Of a stretch of DNA of 32,000 nucleotides, positions 23,766 through 32,000 are shown piece after piece. The notes under the pieces were generated by a model. It was not told the origin of the DNA, did not search any database, and worked only from the letters and a program-made list of their open reading frames with translations. Source of the DNA: Chloroflexota bacterium (GTDB lineage Bacteria > Chloroflexota > Anaerolineae > UBA4142); NCBI GenBank assembly GCA_037440365.1, contig JBBIUF010000019.1:1-32000 (forward strand). Reading direction: 5' to 3'. The position numbers were made by a program, and so were the translations under genes. Every line of letters starts with the position of its first letter. The first letter of the stretch is position 1.

Positions 23766-24395
23766 ATGCACCTGCTTTTGATTCGCCACGGCGAAACCGA
23801 TTGGAATATTGACGGACGCTTGCAAGGTCACACGGACATTGCGCTGAACGCCACCGGCATCACGCAAGCCGAAAACCTTGCCACACGGATGGCGCTGGAA
23901 GAAAAAATTGATGCGTTGTACACGAGTCCGCTTGCCCGCGCGCGCGTCACTGCCGAGATCGTCGCGCGGCACACCCGCACGACCGCGCAATGCGACGACC
24001 GCTTGAAAGAAAAACGGCTGGGCGATTTGGAAGGGCTGACGCGCGCTGATTTTCAGCAACGCTATCCCGAACTTTATACCGCGTGGCACACGAGCCAGGT
24101 ACACTATCCGCTCCCCGGCGAAGAAACGCCAATCGAATTGCAGACGCGCATTCAAACCTTTCTCGCGGACGTGCGCGCACAAAACGCACACGCAAATCGC
24201 ATCGTCATTGTCTCGCACGGCGGCACCATCGGCATGATGCTCGCCACACTGATCGGACTCGACATTGATCGCCGCTCGCCGTTCTGGTTCGACAACGCCT
24301 CGGTCAGCCGCGTGGATTTGAGCAACGCGCGCCCGCGCATTCGTTTCTTAAACGATACCTGTCACCTGCGAAATGGAAGTTCAAATGAGCAATGA
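23766..24395 (+). CDS. Histidine phosphatase family protein (phosphoglycerate mutase / CobC-like)
   Basis: LLIRHGETDWN is the RHG catalytic motif. Also present are the GEE acid region (LPGEETPIEL) and the second His motif VIVSHGGTIG. Confidence 0.8.
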   Translation: MHLLLIRHGETDWNIDGRLQGHTDIALNATGITQAENLATRMALEEKIDALYTSPLARARVTAEIVARHTRTTAQCDDRLKEKRLGDLEGLTRADFQQRYPELYTAWHTSQVHYPLPGEETPIELQTRIQTFLADVRAQNAHANRIVIVSHGGTIGMMLATLIGLDIDRRSPFWFDNASVSRVDLSNARPRIRFLNDTCHLRNGSSNEQ

Positions 24396-25431
24396 ACCAC
24401 CCAACCCAGTCGATAAAATTTTGCACGATGCCGATGTCGCCACCGCCGCGGAGGACTGGGATGCGGTGATCGCGTTATATCGGCAAGCGCTCGCGTTTGA
24501 TCGCGCCCTGCAAGGCGCAGAAGCCAAATTACAGTGGGCGCTCCGCATGAAAGAGATTGATACCAACTATCAGCAAGGCAAAGCGCACCTGGCGGCGCAA
24601 CACTACCCTGAGGCACTTGGCGCGCTCCGCAAAGCGCGTCTAATGTATGCCAGTCATTACAAAGATACCGATGCTTTAATCGTGGAGGCACAAACCGCAA
24701 TGCAAAAAGAAAATTGGCAAGCGCGATCACAAACGGTCGCAAGTAAAAAAGGTTGCTTTCTCACCGGCACACTTGCGCTGATCGCCGTGCTGGCGATCGC
24801 GTTGTTGAGCGCGTGCGCCGCGCCGTCAACGCCCGCGCCCGCGGCAACCATCGCCGTGCCAACCGCTGGCGCGAGGCCAACGGTGAACGCGCCGGCGTCA
24901 GCCAACCCTGCTGGCACGGCAGACAAAATTCCACCCCAACAAAGGAGTGACATGTACAAATCCGCACCACCGATGACGATTGACGTGAACAAAACCTACA
25001 ACGCTACCATCACTACGGCGAAAGGCGTCATCGTCGCCGAGTTGTACCCCAAAGACGCGCCGCAACACGTGAACAATTTTGTGTTTCTCGCGCGCGATGG
25101 TTTCTTTAACAACCTGACTTTTCATCGCGTCGTCGCCGGTTTTGTGATCCAGGGCGGCGATCCGCGTGGCGATGGTACCGGTGGACCGGGGTACAACATT
25201 CCACCGGAAATCAAGGGCAAGCACACCAAGGGCGCACTCGCGATGGCGCGGCAAGGTGGACCCGCACAAACCACGCCGAGTAGTGGCAGTCAATTCTACA
25301 TCACGCTCGAAGCGCAACCGAGCTTGGACGGACAGTACACCGTGTTTGGTCAGGTCACGCAAGGCATGGATGTCGTCGGCAAAATTGCCGTTGGCGATAA
25401 AATCCAATCGGTTACCATCGAAGAAAAATAG
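24373..25431 (+). CDS. Membrane-anchored cyclophilin-type peptidyl-prolyl isomerase with an N-terminal helical (TPR-like) cytoplasmic region
   Basis: The C-terminal domain reads FHRVVAGFVIQGGDPRGDGTGGPGY...GALAMAR...SQFYITL...YTVFGQV. The central hydrophobic segment ends in a lipobox-like LLSAC. The N-terminal ~110 aa are helical (WDAVIALYRQALAFD, YPEALGALRKARLMY). Confidence 0.8.
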   Translation: MEVQMSNEPPNPVDKILHDADVATAAEDWDAVIALYRQALAFDRALQGAEAKLQWALRMKEIDTNYQQGKAHLAAQHYPEALGALRKARLMYASHYKDTDALIVEAQTAMQKENWQARSQTVASKKGCFLTGTLALIAVLAIALLSACAAPSTPAPAATIAVPTAGARPTVNAPASANPAGTADKIPPQQRSDMYKSAPPMTIDVNKTYNATITTAKGVIVAELYPKDAPQHVNNFVFLARDGFFNNLTFHRVVAGFVIQGGDPRGDGTGGPGYNIPPEIKGKHTKGALAMARQGGPAQTTPSSGSQFYITLEAQPSLDGQYTVFGQVTQGMDVVGKIAVGDKIQSVTIEEK

Positions 25432-25440
25432 AACAACCGC

Positions 25441-25472
25441 GTCCCTGCGGGTTGATCGAAACCCGCAGGGAC
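25441..25472 (+). other. Perfect 13-bp hairpin between the PPIase gene and prs (no U-tract)
   Basis: gtccctgcgggtt-gatcga-aacccgcagggac. It starts 10 nt after the stop at 25431. Confidence 0.5.
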
Positions 25473-25491
25473 TGCTGGTGTGGAGGTCTGC

Positions 25492-26451
25492 ATGGCGAGA
25501 ATGTACGGCGATCTAGCGATCGTCAGTGGACGCAGTAATCGTCCGCTCGCGGAAGCGATTTGCAAACATCTCGGCGCGCCACTGGAAGAAATCGATATTA
25601 TTGATTTTCCGAATGAAAATATCTTTGTGCAACTGCAATGCAGTGTGCGCGGCCAAGATGTCTTTTTCGTCCAAAGTCTCTCGTCACCCGTCAATCGGAA
25701 TATCGTCGAAATGCTGATCATCCTGGATGCCTTGAAACGCTCATCCGCTGGACGCATCACCGTCGTGATTCCATTTTACGCCTATGGACGCAGTGACAAG
25801 AAAGATCAGCCGCGGGTACCGATTACCGCGCGTTTGCTTGCCGACTTGATCGTCGTGGCGGGCGCGGATCGCTACATGACATTTGATTTGCACGCGGGAC
25901 AAATTCAGGGATTTTTCAGTGTGCCGGGCGACGAATTTTCTGCGTTTCCGGTACAGATCGAATATCTGGCAAACAAACAAGTGCCTGACGCGGTGGTGGT
26001 TTCCGCCGACCTGGGTTTTGCGAAAAAAGCGCGCAACTTTGCGCGGCGCTTGAACACGCCGCTGGCATTCATCGAAAAGCGACGCATTGGCAATGATCCC
26101 AAAGCACAAGCACTCACCATCATCGGCGACGTGCAAGGCAAAAACGCCATCATCGTGGACGATGAAGTGGACACGGCCGGCACGCTTGTCTCGGCGGTCG
26201 GTTTGCTCAAACGCAACGGCGCGCGCGACGTGTATACCGCATGCACGCACGCCACACTTTCAAATCCGGCGGTTGAACGACTCAACGGCGCGCCGATCAC
26301 CGAATTCATTTGCACGGATACCGTGCCGGTGCCGCCGGAAAAACGTTTACCGAATATGACGATTCTGTCTGTCGCGCCACTCCTCGCCGAAACGATCCTG
26401 CGGACGCACGAAGGACGCAGTGTGGGCGATTATTTACACGATACGCAATAA
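25492..26451 (+). CDS. prs: Ribose-phosphate pyrophosphokinase
   Basis: VIPFYAYGRSDKKD, TFDLHAGQIQGFF and AIIVDDEVDTAGTL (PRPP-binding loop). GGAGG lies 5 nt upstream of ATG 25492 (the track starts at GTG 25480). Confidence 0.9.
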   Translation: MARMYGDLAIVSGRSNRPLAEAICKHLGAPLEEIDIIDFPNENIFVQLQCSVRGQDVFFVQSLSSPVNRNIVEMLIILDALKRSSAGRITVVIPFYAYGRSDKKDQPRVPITARLLADLIVVAGADRYMTFDLHAGQIQGFFSVPGDEFSAFPVQIEYLANKQVPDAVVVSADLGFAKKARNFARRLNTPLAFIEKRRIGNDPKAQALTIIGDVQGKNAIIVDDEVDTAGTLVSAVGLLKRNGARDVYTACTHATLSNPAVERLNGAPITEFICTDTVPVPPEKRLPNMTILSVAPLLAETILRTHEGRSVGDYLHDTQ

Positions 26452-26489
26452 TTATTTCCGATTGAAGATTGCTGAGGTTGTAACTTTTA

Positions 26490-29400
26490 ATGTTGAAAAA
26501 TTTGTATACCAAAATCACAGGCGACCCGAACGAAAAAGAAGTCAAACGCCTGCGCGCACTCGTCGAAACGGAACTCAATCCGCTCGAAGCGCAATTGCAA
26601 AAACTCTCCGACGCGGAACTGCGCGCCAAGACCGATACATTCAAAACGCGCATCACGGAAGCGACAGAGGCCGCGCGCGCGCGCGTCGCCGAATTGCGCG
26701 ACCAGCTGACGACGGCGATAGACGATGACGAGCGGCGCGTGATCGACGAGCAAGTCAAGCAAGCCGACACGGAATTGGTAAACGCCGAGCGCGCGGTGTT
26801 GGACGAAATTCTGCCCGAAGCATTCGCGTGTGTGCGGGAAGCCAGCGTGCGCACGATTGGGTTGCGCCATTTCGACGTGCAAATGATCGGCGGCATTGTC
26901 CTGCATGAAGGCAAGGTCGCCGAAATGAAAACCGGCGAAGGCAAGACACTGGTCGCCACATTGCCGTTATACTTGAACGCGCTCACCGGTCACGGCGCGC
27001 ACCTAGTCACCGTGAACGATTATCTGGCGCGTTTGCACACGCAATTGATGGGCCCCGTCTATCACGCACTCGGCTTGACCGTTGGCGCGCTCCAGCAAGG
27101 CGAAGAGAAAAAAGCGTTGCTGTTCGATCCAACCATTACCGCGGCAACGCAAGAGATGAATTATTTGCGCGCCTGCACGCGGCAAGAAGCATACCGCGCC
27201 GACATTACCTATGGCACCAATAGCGAGTTTGGGTTTGATTACTTGCGCGATAACATGGCGTGGCGGTTGGAAGACCGCGTGCAACGCGAATTGTACTTCG
27301 CCATTGTGGACGAAGTGGACAATATCTTGATTGACGAAGCGCGCACCCCGCTTATCATTTCCGGTCCCGCGGGCGAAGCCTCCGACGAATACTATCGGCT
27401 GGCAGAACTCGTCCGCAAATTGTCGCCGGATCATTACACGGTTGATCAGCGCACGCGCGGGATCACGCTCACGGAAGCCGGGTATGATCGCGTCGAAGAA
27501 TTACTCGGCACACAACTGACAAACCCCGATCGCCCCGAAGAGACGGATACCCAGCAAGCCAAGATCATGCACCACCTCGAAGCCGCAATGAAAGCGCAAT
27601 ACCTGTTCCAACGCGACAAGGATTATATCATTCGCAAAGGTCAGGTCATTATTGTTGACGAATTTACCGGACGCTTGATGCCGGGTCGTCGCTGGTCGGA
27701 TGGTTTGCACCAAGCCGTCGAAGCGAAAGAGCACGTCGCGATCCAACAAGAGTCGGTGACGTATGCAACGATCACCTTGCAAAATTATTTCCGCCTCTAT
27801 AAAAAAATCGGTGGGATGACCGGCACGGCAAAAACCGAAGAGGATGAACTCTACAAAGTCTATGGCTTGAACGTCGTCGTCATTCCGACCAATCGTCCGA
27901 TGATTCGCAACGATCAACCCGACCTGGTCTATCGCAACGAAGAAGCCAAATGGCGCGCGGTGGCGGCGCAGATCGCACAGATCTATGCCAGCGGGCAACC
28001 GGTGCTGATCGGCACCACATCCGTCGAACAATCCGAGCGGCTCAGCGCGCGTTTTTCCGCCGCCCAACTTGAGCTCTACGCGCGCGCGCGTTTGCTCGCC
28101 AACGCCGTTGAAAACATTAAGGACTTGAACGACAAGCAACGCGCTACGCTCAAACTGATGCTGTCGCGCTCGCTCGATCAAGCACCAGAAAATTATGACG
28201 AAGTCCTGGCATCGCGTTTGTTTCACGAATTCAATCTCGGCGCAATCAGCAAAGCGACGATCAAGATGCCGGTGCGCGATTTGCTTGCGACGAAAAAACG
28301 TCTCGCGCAGAAAAGCGGCAAAGACAAGCCAACGTTAAGCGACAAGGATGCGCGCGAAATCGAAAATTTGCCTGAGCGCGATTTGAAATTTGCCGTCAAG
28401 CTGGAAGAGCGCAACCTGCGGCTCGATACCACGCAAACGCTGTGCGAAGAAATTGCCGCGCACCCCGACGACCTTGCCAAGATCGCGCCCAAATTCAACC
28501 TGTCGCTTGAAACCGTTACTGAAGTGTACACCGAATTGCATTTATCACGCGACGAGATGCGCGAAATCAATCGCGCGCTGATTGATTCGCTCGGCAATGT
28601 GGCGCAGGTGACCGCCGACTATCGCGTGCGCGCCGAAGATATGGACACCATCGTCAAGCGCATGTATTTGCGCGCGGCAGACGTAATCCAGTTGGCCAAG
28701 AAACTGGATGTCAATGCAGATCCGCTTGCCGCTGACAATGCCGCAACCGTGAGCGAAATTTTTAGCATTAGCGACAACGCGCTGCTCACGCGCCTTTTGC
28801 GCGAAGGCGTGCCGCACAATGTCTTGAATGCCAAGGAACATGAAAAAGAAGGCGGCATTATCGCGCGCGCGGGCGAACTGCACGCGGTCACGCTCGCAAC
28901 CAATATGGCGGGACGCGGCGTAGACATTAAACTCGGCGGCGAGTTGAGCGAAGAAACGCTGAATGAGGTCGGGCGCATTTTGCACCGCAACGGGACCGAT
29001 CCGTACAATCTCACGTTTGATCAGATCGCCGATGCGCTCACCAAAATTCCAAAAGAAAATTACGCGCTCGATGCGGAACACGTCGAAGCCTTTTTGAACT
29101 ATATGCGCGACCGCGCGCGCGTGCGTGAACTGGGCGGCTTGTGCATCATCGGCACAGAACGCCACGAGGCGCGCCGCATTGACAATCAGTTGCGCGGACG
29201 ATCGGGGCGTCAAGGCGATGCCGGGTCGTCGCGCTTTTACGTTTCGCTCGAAGACGAAATCATGCGCCGCATGGGCGGCAAAGGACTCGTGGATCGTGTT
29301 TGGATCGAGGACATTCCGATTGAACACGATTGGGTGACGCGCGCGATTGGGCAAGCGCAGATCAAGATGGAAGGGTACAACTTTGACATCCGCAAGCACC

Positions 29401-30953
29401 TGCTCGACTATGATGATGTGCTGAACAAACAACGCGAAATCATTTATGGGCAACGCTATCGCATTTTGACCAAAGCCGATCTCCGCGATGATGTGCGCGG
29501 CTGGCTCAAAGCAGAAATCGCGCGCATCCTCGCCGAAGATTTGAAAGCGAATGATCACGCAGAATCGCGGTTGCTCTTGCATCTCGATTCGCTTGTGCCT
29601 GGTTTTTTCATCAGCGAGACTGAAATGTGGCCCCCGTATTCGTTGGCGCTGGTGCAACGCGAACTCGGCGAGTTGAGCGATCTCGCATCTGCGCCCAAGA
29701 AAATTTTGGCGGCGGCACAGCGCGCCATGGAACAGCACCGCGAGTTTATTACAAACGCGCTGGTGCCGGAAGTCATCGCGCAATTTGAACAGCAAGCCAA
29801 ATCCACCTGGGACGAGATCGAAGACCTGGCAAAGAATACGCTCAGCACCTTGCGGCAGGAATCCGAAGAACAGCAACGTTCGTTCGACGCACGCACAATT
29901 ACGCAATCGGTTGGGCAAGCCGTGGGCATGACGCTCGACGTGCGCGCTGAACGCGGCACGGAAATCACCGAGCGCACGATCCTGGATGCGGTGCGCCGCG
30001 CGTTTGATGTGCGCGTCGCCGACCAGGTCGCGCGGCGCGTCGAAAAGCGCACGGGGCAACAATTCGATTTTCGCTGGACACCCGAAGGCGAATTACATTT
30101 TGATGAATTGCGCGCGGCCCTCGTCGCCGCGATTGATACCACGTATACCCAGCAAGCGAATAAACATCTCGCCGAGATCGAGCGTGAACTCGGCGAACGG
30201 ATCAAATCGGCGGACGATGTGCGCGGCACACGGCTCTCGTTCCTGCTGTTCACCCTTGCGCACACGCGCCACGCCGCGTTCGATCAGCGCACGCATCGCC
30301 GGTTTGAAGTACTGATGCCGCGCTTTCCCTGGGTGCATTTCGCCGCCGCGCAAATCGAGAAAATCGGCACGGATGAACTGCGCGACGAAATTTTCGCGTA
30401 CTGGAATCAATCGCTCGATCAACTCGAACCATTGCGTGGCGGCGCGGCGGCGTTCAACGATCTCTTGCGCGAGTTGATGCTCAGCACCGTTTCGACGTTG
30501 TGGGTGGATTATCTCACCGCGATTGAAGGTTTGCGCGAAGGCATTGGCTTGCAAGCATTTGGTCAGCGCGATCCGCTCGTCGAATACAAACGCCGCGCGT
30601 TTGAAATGTTCCAGGATTTGTACGCGCGCATTCGCTCCCAGGTCGTAACGTACGTATTCACGTACCAGTATCGCGGCTTTGCAAAACTGGAAAGCGAAGA
30701 TCGCGATCGCGCGTCGCGGCAAGCGGTGGAAGCCGTGGTGAGCCAAACCGCCGGCGTGAATCAAACAACGGTAAGCAGTCCACCCGCGCAAGTTGCCAGC
30801 GCGCAAAAAACCGACAGCAAAGCGCACAAGCCCGAGCCAGCGCGCAAACCGGTGAACGCGGCGGTCGGAGCCAAAATCGGACGCAACGATCCGTGCTGGT
30901 GCGGGAGCGGCAAGAAATATAAAAACTGTCACATGCAAAGCGATTCGCGATAA
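26490..30953 (+). CDS. secA: Preprotein translocase ATPase SecA, unusually long (1487 aa) owing to two large internal expansions
   Basis: Canonical motifs appear in order: MKTGEGKTLVATLP, TVNDYLA, DEVDNILIDEARTPLIISG, GMTGTA, GQPVLIGTTSVE, HNVLNAK, TNMAGRGVDI, IGTERHEARRIDNQLRGRSGRQGD, LLDYDDVLNKQR, QRDPLVEYK and the C-terminal zinc motif GRNDPCWCGSGKKYKNCH. Extra sequence lies at about aa 523-771 and about aa 1040-1325. Confidence 0.9.
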   Translation: MLKNLYTKITGDPNEKEVKRLRALVETELNPLEAQLQKLSDAELRAKTDTFKTRITEATEAARARVAELRDQLTTAIDDDERRVIDEQVKQADTELVNAERAVLDEILPEAFACVREASVRTIGLRHFDVQMIGGIVLHEGKVAEMKTGEGKTLVATLPLYLNALTGHGAHLVTVNDYLARLHTQLMGPVYHALGLTVGALQQGEEKKALLFDPTITAATQEMNYLRACTRQEAYRADITYGTNSEFGFDYLRDNMAWRLEDRVQRELYFAIVDEVDNILIDEARTPLIISGPAGEASDEYYRLAELVRKLSPDHYTVDQRTRGITLTEAGYDRVEELLGTQLTNPDRPEETDTQQAKIMHHLEAAMKAQYLFQRDKDYIIRKGQVIIVDEFTGRLMPGRRWSDGLHQAVEAKEHVAIQQESVTYATITLQNYFRLYKKIGGMTGTAKTEEDELYKVYGLNVVVIPTNRPMIRNDQPDLVYRNEEAKWRAVAAQIAQIYASGQPVLIGTTSVEQSERLSARFSAAQLELYARARLLANAVENIKDLNDKQRATLKLMLSRSLDQAPENYDEVLASRLFHEFNLGAISKATIKMPVRDLLATKKRLAQKSGKDKPTLSDKDAREIENLPERDLKFAVKLEERNLRLDTTQTLCEEIAAHPDDLAKIAPKFNLSLETVTEVYTELHLSRDEMREINRALIDSLGNVAQVTADYRVRAEDMDTIVKRMYLRAADVIQLAKKLDVNADPLAADNAATVSEIFSISDNALLTRLLREGVPHNVLNAKEHEKEGGIIARAGELHAVTLATNMAGRGVDIKLGGELSEETLNEVGRILHRNGTDPYNLTFDQIADALTKIPKENYALDAEHVEAFLNYMRDRARVRELGGLCIIGTERHEARRIDNQLRGRSGRQGDAGSSRFYVSLEDEIMRRMGGKGLVDRVWIEDIPIEHDWVTRAIGQAQIKMEGYNFDIRKHLLDYDDVLNKQREIIYGQRYRILTKADLRDDVRGWLKAEIARILAEDLKANDHAESRLLLHLDSLVPGFFISETEMWPPYSLALVQRELGELSDLASAPKKILAAAQRAMEQHREFITNALVPEVIAQFEQQAKSTWDEIEDLAKNTLSTLRQESEEQQRSFDARTITQSVGQAVGMTLDVRAERGTEITERTILDAVRRAFDVRVADQVARRVEKRTGQQFDFRWTPEGELHFDELRAALVAAIDTTYTQQANKHLAEIERELGERIKSADDVRGTRLSFLLFTLAHTRHAAFDQRTHRRFEVLMPRFPWVHFAAAQIEKIGTDELRDEIFAYWNQSLDQLEPLRGGAAAFNDLLRELMLSTVSTLWVDYLTAIEGLREGIGLQAFGQRDPLVEYKRRAFEMFQDLYARIRSQVVTYVFTYQYRGFAKLESEDRDRASRQAVEAVVSQTAGVNQTTVSSPPAQVASAQKTDSKAHKPEPARKPVNAAVGAKIGRNDPCWCGSGKKYKNCHMQSDSR

Positions 30954-30968
30954 TTGCGATGAGAGATC

Positions 30969-31030
30969 GAGGACGAAAGACGAAGGGCGGTCTGCACCAA
31001 CAACCTTTTGTTTTTCGTCCTCTGCTATTT
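30969..31030 (+). terminator. Long-loop terminator-like hairpin after secA
   Basis: gaggacgaaa (30969-30978) pairs perfectly with tttcgtcctc (31013-31022) and can be extended by 3 more pairs. The sequence tgctatttt follows. Confidence 0.5.
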
Positions 31031-31041
31031 TGAGGTGTAAC

Positions 31042-31872
31042 ATGCAATTGGGTCAGCTTGAAATTTTTCTGGTGAGCGATGGCGTGATGCACAGCGACGC
31101 GGGCGGGGTCTATGGACTGGTGCCACGCGCGTTGTGGTCCAAGGTCACGCCACCCGACGATCAAAATCGCGTGCCAGCGACGTTGAATTGCCTGCTGGTT
31201 ATTTCGCGCGAACAAAAAATTTTGATCGATACCGGATTGGGGAACAAGCTCGATGCCAAAGCCGAATCCAATTTCGGACGTACCGGTGGATCCCAGTTGC
31301 TTGCCGAATTGCAGAAACTCGGCGTCGCGCCAAACGCGATTGACCTGGTAATCAACACACACTTGCACGCCGATCATTGCGGCGGCAACACAGTGGGCGA
31401 GCGCAATCAATTTGCGCCGACATTTCCGCGCGCGCAGTACGCGATCCAACGTTTGGAACTAGCCGACGCCATGTATCCGAACGAGCGCACCCGCGCAACG
31501 TACCTTGCCGAAAATTTTGCGCCGCTCGGTGAGCGCGTGCGCCTGCTCGATGGCGATACGCGCATCAATGATACGGTGCGGTGCATGATTACGCGCGGTC
31601 ATACGCGCGCGCACCAAAGCGTGCTGATCGAATCAGACGGCCAGCGCGCGCTTTTTCTCGGCGATGCAATTGGGCGCGCGGTGTATTTTGAGCGGATGGC
31701 ATGGATTCCGGCATTCGATGTCGAGCCGCTCGAAACGCTGGAAACCAAGCGGCGTTTGCGCGACTGGGTGATCGAAGACAAAGTGCTGTTGATTTTTCAA
31801 CACGATCATCTGACCACGATGGGGTACTTGAAAAAAGATGGCGACAAGTATCGCGTGGAAAAAGTGAGCTAG
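31042..31872 (+). CDS. MBL-fold metallo-hydrolase
   Basis: VINTHLHADHCGGN is the HxHxDH motif. Later TRGHTRAH and FLGD are metal ligands. GAGGTG lies 4 nt upstream of ATG 31042 (the track starts at TTG 31030). Confidence 0.8.
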   Translation: MQLGQLEIFLVSDGVMHSDAGGVYGLVPRALWSKVTPPDDQNRVPATLNCLLVISREQKILIDTGLGNKLDAKAESNFGRTGGSQLLAELQKLGVAPNAIDLVINTHLHADHCGGNTVGERNQFAPTFPRAQYAIQRLELADAMYPNERTRATYLAENFAPLGERVRLLDGDTRINDTVRCMITRGHTRAHQSVLIESDGQRALFLGDAIGRAVYFERMAWIPAFDVEPLETLETKRRLRDWVIEDKVLLIFQHDHLTTMGYLKKDGDKYRVEKVS

Positions 31873-31898
31873 TTCGTCTCGATTAAGCATAATAAAAA

Positions 31899-31930
31899 AC
31901 GCATTCGGAAATCCGAGTGCGTTTTGATTT
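31899..31930. terminator. Terminator after the MBL gene, probably bidirectional
   Basis: The 10-bp stem acgcattcgg / ccgagtgcgt has one G-U pair and loop aaat, followed by TTTTgaTTT. An A-run precedes it, and outer arms aagcataa / ttatgctt flank it. Confidence 0.65.
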
Positions 31931-32000
31931 TATGCTTATTTATCCACGACTTGCGAATCCGCACTAAATTTTGCTTGATTCGCGTTATGCGTGGACCAGG

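Noticed and set aside
27501-31043. Long antisense ORFs opposite secA (241, 505, 236 and 316 aa)
   Set aside because: The sense strand carries every SecA motif in order. The antisense translations are Arg/Ala/Phe-rich with no recognisable motifs or ribosome-binding sites.
31936-32000. Possible 3' end of a convergent minus-strand gene (...NANQAKFSADSQVVDK stop)
   Set aside because: Only 21 codons are visible. The bidirectional-looking terminator is consistent with a gene here, but there is too little sequence to support a call.
1-32000. CRISPR arrays, rRNA genes, transposases or prophage genes
   Set aside because: I looked for regularly spaced direct repeats and for characteristic motifs on both strands and found none.

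Overview
Moderately GC-rich bacterial chromosomal window. Gene content and repeat style suggest a Chloroflexota/Anaerolineae-like organism, but that is a guess. Minus strand, 1-7274: a partial SIR2-like/TPR gene that is missing from the ORF track because it runs off the left edge; a NarL-type response regulator and a GAF histidine kinase separated by a nested inverted-repeat element; and an operon of a 40-aa peptide (also missing from the track), a Cys-rich anchored protein, a Tat-exported 4x[4Fe-4S] protein and an NrfD-like membrane protein. Diverging from it on the plus strand is an arsenic operon, arsR-arsC-(radical SAM/SPASM)-acr3-arsM, with a near-consensus promoter and an operator-like inverted repeat. 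Next come a CPBP protease that may be leaderless, tRNA-Leu(UAG), tig, and clpP-clpX followed without a terminator by an uncharacterised AAA+ ATPase and a membrane protein. After that: a tungsten-type aldehyde:ferredoxin oxidoreductase, convergent MoaD-like and small GG-terminal genes, a divergent protoglobin-MoaD fusion, the B12-binding subunit of a split methylmalonyl-CoA mutase plus MeaB, a histidine phosphatase, a membrane-anchored cyclophilin, prs, a 1487-aa SecA and an MBL-fold hydrolase. I saw no rRNA, CRISPR array, transposase or integrase. The best candidates for undescribed biology are (1) the AbrB-like/radical SAM/SPASM enzyme translationally coupled inside the ars operon; (2) the catalytic-partner-less NrfC/NrfD-like module, whose two small upstream proteins repeat the NrfD subunit's own N-terminal helix; (3) the beta-grasp/diglycine cluster around AOR, including the protoglobin-MoaD fusion; (4) the AAA+ ATPase plus membrane protein in the position lon usually occupies after clpX; and (5) the SecA carrying about 480 extra residues in two blocks. 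All functional calls rest on motifs read by eye from the translations. No database search was run.
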